Shown here: piece after piece, positions 16,557 through 18,432 of the stretch
Layout of the letters: each line of letters starts with the position of its first letter
Position numbering within the stretch: position 1 is the first letter of the stretch
UHGV virus genome: UHGV-1652841
Length of the DNA stretch: 18,432 nucleotides
Reading direction: 5' to 3' (one strand)
From: a virus
Made by a program: the position numbers and the translations under genes
The notes under the pieces: generated by a model
Told to the model about the DNA's origin: nothing
What the model saw: the letters and a program-made list of their open reading frames with translations, nothing else
Database searches by the model: none

Positions 16557-17591
16557 CTAATCGACCAGAATCATGCCAACACATCCTTTTTCTCGCTTGA
16601 TTCGACGACTTTCGCTGACGATTTGAGCCAGAGATAATCCCGGCGTGTCGTCGATGTAAAGCAGGTCGATTTCACTCAAGCGATTGGCTGTTTCGATCGC
16701 CCTGTTGAAGTCACCATCGTAATCACCCTGATAGCCGTCATCAGCGTCATTTGTCGCCGGAATGTAAAAAATATTCGGGTTAACACCTGACTTCTGTCCT
16801 ACCAGCTTTTCCAGTATCTGGTCGCCTGGCATTTCAAGACTGAACATCAGAGCGGGCTTTTTCTCATGCACTGCGCAGTTGATTGCCATCTGGCTGTATA
16901 GCGTCGTTTTCCCCATCTTAGGGCGAGCGCCAATGACGAACAGAGAGCCTTTCACCAGACCTTTCGGTGACAGCATCCTGTCCAGAGATGGGATCCCTGT
17001 GCTCATTCCTCGTTGTTCGCCTGACGGGTCAAATCGCTTCTCAAGGTCGCTAACCCAGTCTTCCATGACCTCACCAAATGAGCGAAGGCCGCGACGCGAT
17101 CCGGTTTTTGCATGGTCTGTCAGTTGCGTGAAAATCGCCTGAATAGCTTCGTACTTCTGCGTTGCAGTCATTCCGTTGCGGGAATAGAGCAATTCCGTCG
17201 CTTCAGTCATGCGGTTGATGGCGTAGCGTTCCATTGCGGTTTCACGAACCTGCATTGCATAGGCAACGATGTTTGCTGCGCTTGGCGTGTTCTTTGCGAT
17301 CTCAGCGATATAAGCAAAACCGCCAACAGACGCCGTTAACGATTTACGCTCCAGTTCATCGAAAAGCGTCAGGCCATCTACTGGCTTTTGCTCCCGGTGC
17401 ATTCTGGTTATTTCTTCGAAAAGGATTTTGTGTGGTCGGCTGTAAAATGAATCAGGCTTCAGCATCGCCAGAACTTTCTGGACGCGCTCACTGCTGTCAT
17501 CATCCAGAAGCAATCCACCAATCACCGCCTGCTCTGCCTCGATGCTATGGGGCGGCGCATAAAAATTATCGGTCATCGTGTTCACCCTCAC
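16557..17591 (-). CDS. DnaB-like replicative helicase, C-terminally truncated
   Basis: 344 aa with DnaB N-terminal domain and Walker A (GARPKMGKTT); ends ...GCVGMILVD-TAG where intact DnaB-family proteins continue (…IDYLQLM… and about 130 more residues). Confidence 0.8.
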   Translation of the reverse strand: MRVNTMTDNFYAPPHSIEAEQAVIGGLLLDDDSSERVQKVLAMLKPDSFYSRPHKILFEEITRMHREQKPVDGLTLFDELERKSLTASVGGFAYIAEIAKNTPSAANIVAYAMQVRETAMERYAINRMTEATELLYSRNGMTATQKYEAIQAIFTQLTDHAKTGSRRGLRSFGEVMEDWVSDLEKRFDPSGEQRGMSTGIPSLDRMLSPKGLVKGSLFVIGARPKMGKTTLYSQMAINCAVHEKKPALMFSLEMPGDQILEKLVGQKSGVNPNIFYIPATNDADDGYQGDYDGDFNRAIETANRLSEIDLLYIDDTPGLSLAQIVSESRRIKREKGCVGMILVD

Positions 17592-18258
17592 GAACTTTCA
17601 GGTAGGTATTATCGTTAAGCAGGAAATCAAATCCCTTTTTGTGCCAGACGGTTCCGCGTTGATGGTTTGGGCGCTCTTCGAACATCCATCGGCAATTTTC
17701 GCCAACGTAGCTCAAATAATTTCTCCAGTCCTGCATCGTGAACCCATGCCCGTCAAGTTGGCGTGTTATTACTCCGGCTTTGCGCCAGAACGTTCGGATC
17801 TGGTTTTTACGCTTGTCATTCAGTGCGCGGATTCTTGGCGCTTCAGGAAGGATTTCGTGGTAAGCATCGACAACATCCTGACAGCTGACGGAAGGTTTTT
17901 TCTTGTCAGACTTTTTGTCTGCTGTGGCACTCTCTAATACGTCAGTATTAGAGATATTATTTATATTATTGTTTATGGACAACTGTTGGACAACCGTTGG
18001 ACAATCTCCGCTGAGAGCCGCACCATTACTGGTGTTTGCGTTGGACAACCGTTGGACAACCGTTGGACAATTTTTTGACTGAAAATCGTCATATTTAACG
18101 ATTGTAAACAGGCTAAATTTCTTCCCCATCGCGCAAATATTAAGCATCCCTTTCGACTCAAAAGTCCGTAATAAGCTCCGAACTTTGTTGTCGGGGATGA
18201 ATGTTTCTCTGACCAGCGACGGGCGTCCAGTTGTCCGATAGCTCCCTGTACCGGGCAA
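17566..18258 (-). CDS. Replication initiator (lambda O-like organisation: ori iterons inside the coding region); 5' end probably not native
   Basis: 230 aa ORF overlapping the helicase gene by 26 nt; contains six phased iterons in frame (CPTVVQRLSN repeats); the first codons are antisense to the integrase remnant. Confidence 0.5.
   Translation of the reverse strand: MPGTGSYRTTGRPSLVRETFIPDNKVRSLLRTFESKGMLNICAMGKKFSLFTIVKYDDFQSKNCPTVVQRLSNANTSNGAALSGDCPTVVQQLSINNNINNISNTDVLESATADKKSDKKKPSVSCQDVVDAYHEILPEAPRIRALNDKRKNQIRTFWRKAGVITRQLDGHGFTMQDWRNYLSYVGENCRWMFEERPNHQRGTVWHKKGFDFLLNDNTYLKVREGEHDDR
17976..18070. repeat. Origin-like iteron array: 6 x TGGACAA in two triplets, all on an 11-bp register
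   Basis: Copies at 17976, 17987, 17998, 18042, 18053, 18064 (11-bp spacing within triplets, 44 bp between triplets); flanked by AT-rich stretches on both sides. Confidence 0.75.
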
Positions 18259-18432
18259 CGAGTCGGTGATTTATGCGAAATGAAGTGGTCTGATATCGTA
18301 GATGGATATCTTTATGTCGAGCAAAGCAAAACGGGCGTAAAAATTGCCATCCCTACAACATTGCATGTTGATGCTCTCGGGATATCAATGAAGGAAACAC
18401 TTGATAAATGCAAAGAGATTCTTGGCGGAGAA
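18250..18432 (+). pseudogene. Lambda-family tyrosine integrase, internal fragment (5' truncated; continues beyond window end)
   Basis: TGQRVGDLCEMKWSDIVDGYLYVEQSKTGVKIAIPTTLHVDALGISMKETLDKCKEILGGE is nearly identical to the middle of lambda Int as I recall it. Similarity starts abruptly near 18250; upstream in-frame sequence is unrelated and the frame closes at a TAA at 18172-18174. Confidence 0.85.

Noticed and set aside
17976-18070. Possible CRISPR array suggested by short direct repeats
   Set aside because: Repeats are 7-11 bp on an 11-bp register with no uniform spacers, lie inside a replication gene and are flanked by AT-rich DNA; this is an iteron origin, not CRISPR.

Overview
This window looks like a heavily degraded, mosaic lambdoid prophage remnant in an enterobacterial-type genome, read almost entirely on the minus strand. 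From high to low coordinates: a 5'-truncated lambda-family integrase fragment (window end, + strand), an iteron-bearing O-like replication gene, a C-terminally truncated DnaB-like helicase, a nin-type region (antirepressor, DUF1364, RusA, NinH, Q antiterminator), a cargo/tRNA-like zone, a lysis cassette (holin, GH24 endolysin, Rz/Rz1), a KilA-N protein, a terminase small-subunit stub abutting a tape-measure gene (head, sheath and tube genes absent), then a Mu/P2-like baseplate and tail-fibre module, and finally the 3' end of a P4-family integrase (+ strand, window start). The most interesting part is an AT-rich two-gene island (about 5174-6600) inserted between the baseplate hub and spike genes. 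It encodes a tail-anchored DUF4236-like small protein and a signal-peptide-bearing 296-aa protein that shares a 17-residue motif (14 identical) with the tape measure protein. Other points: an in-frame TGA in a small tail gene, two tRNA-like elements, and an unlisted zinc-ribbon small ORF. All functional calls rest on my reading of the translated ORFs and recalled family signatures; no database search was run.
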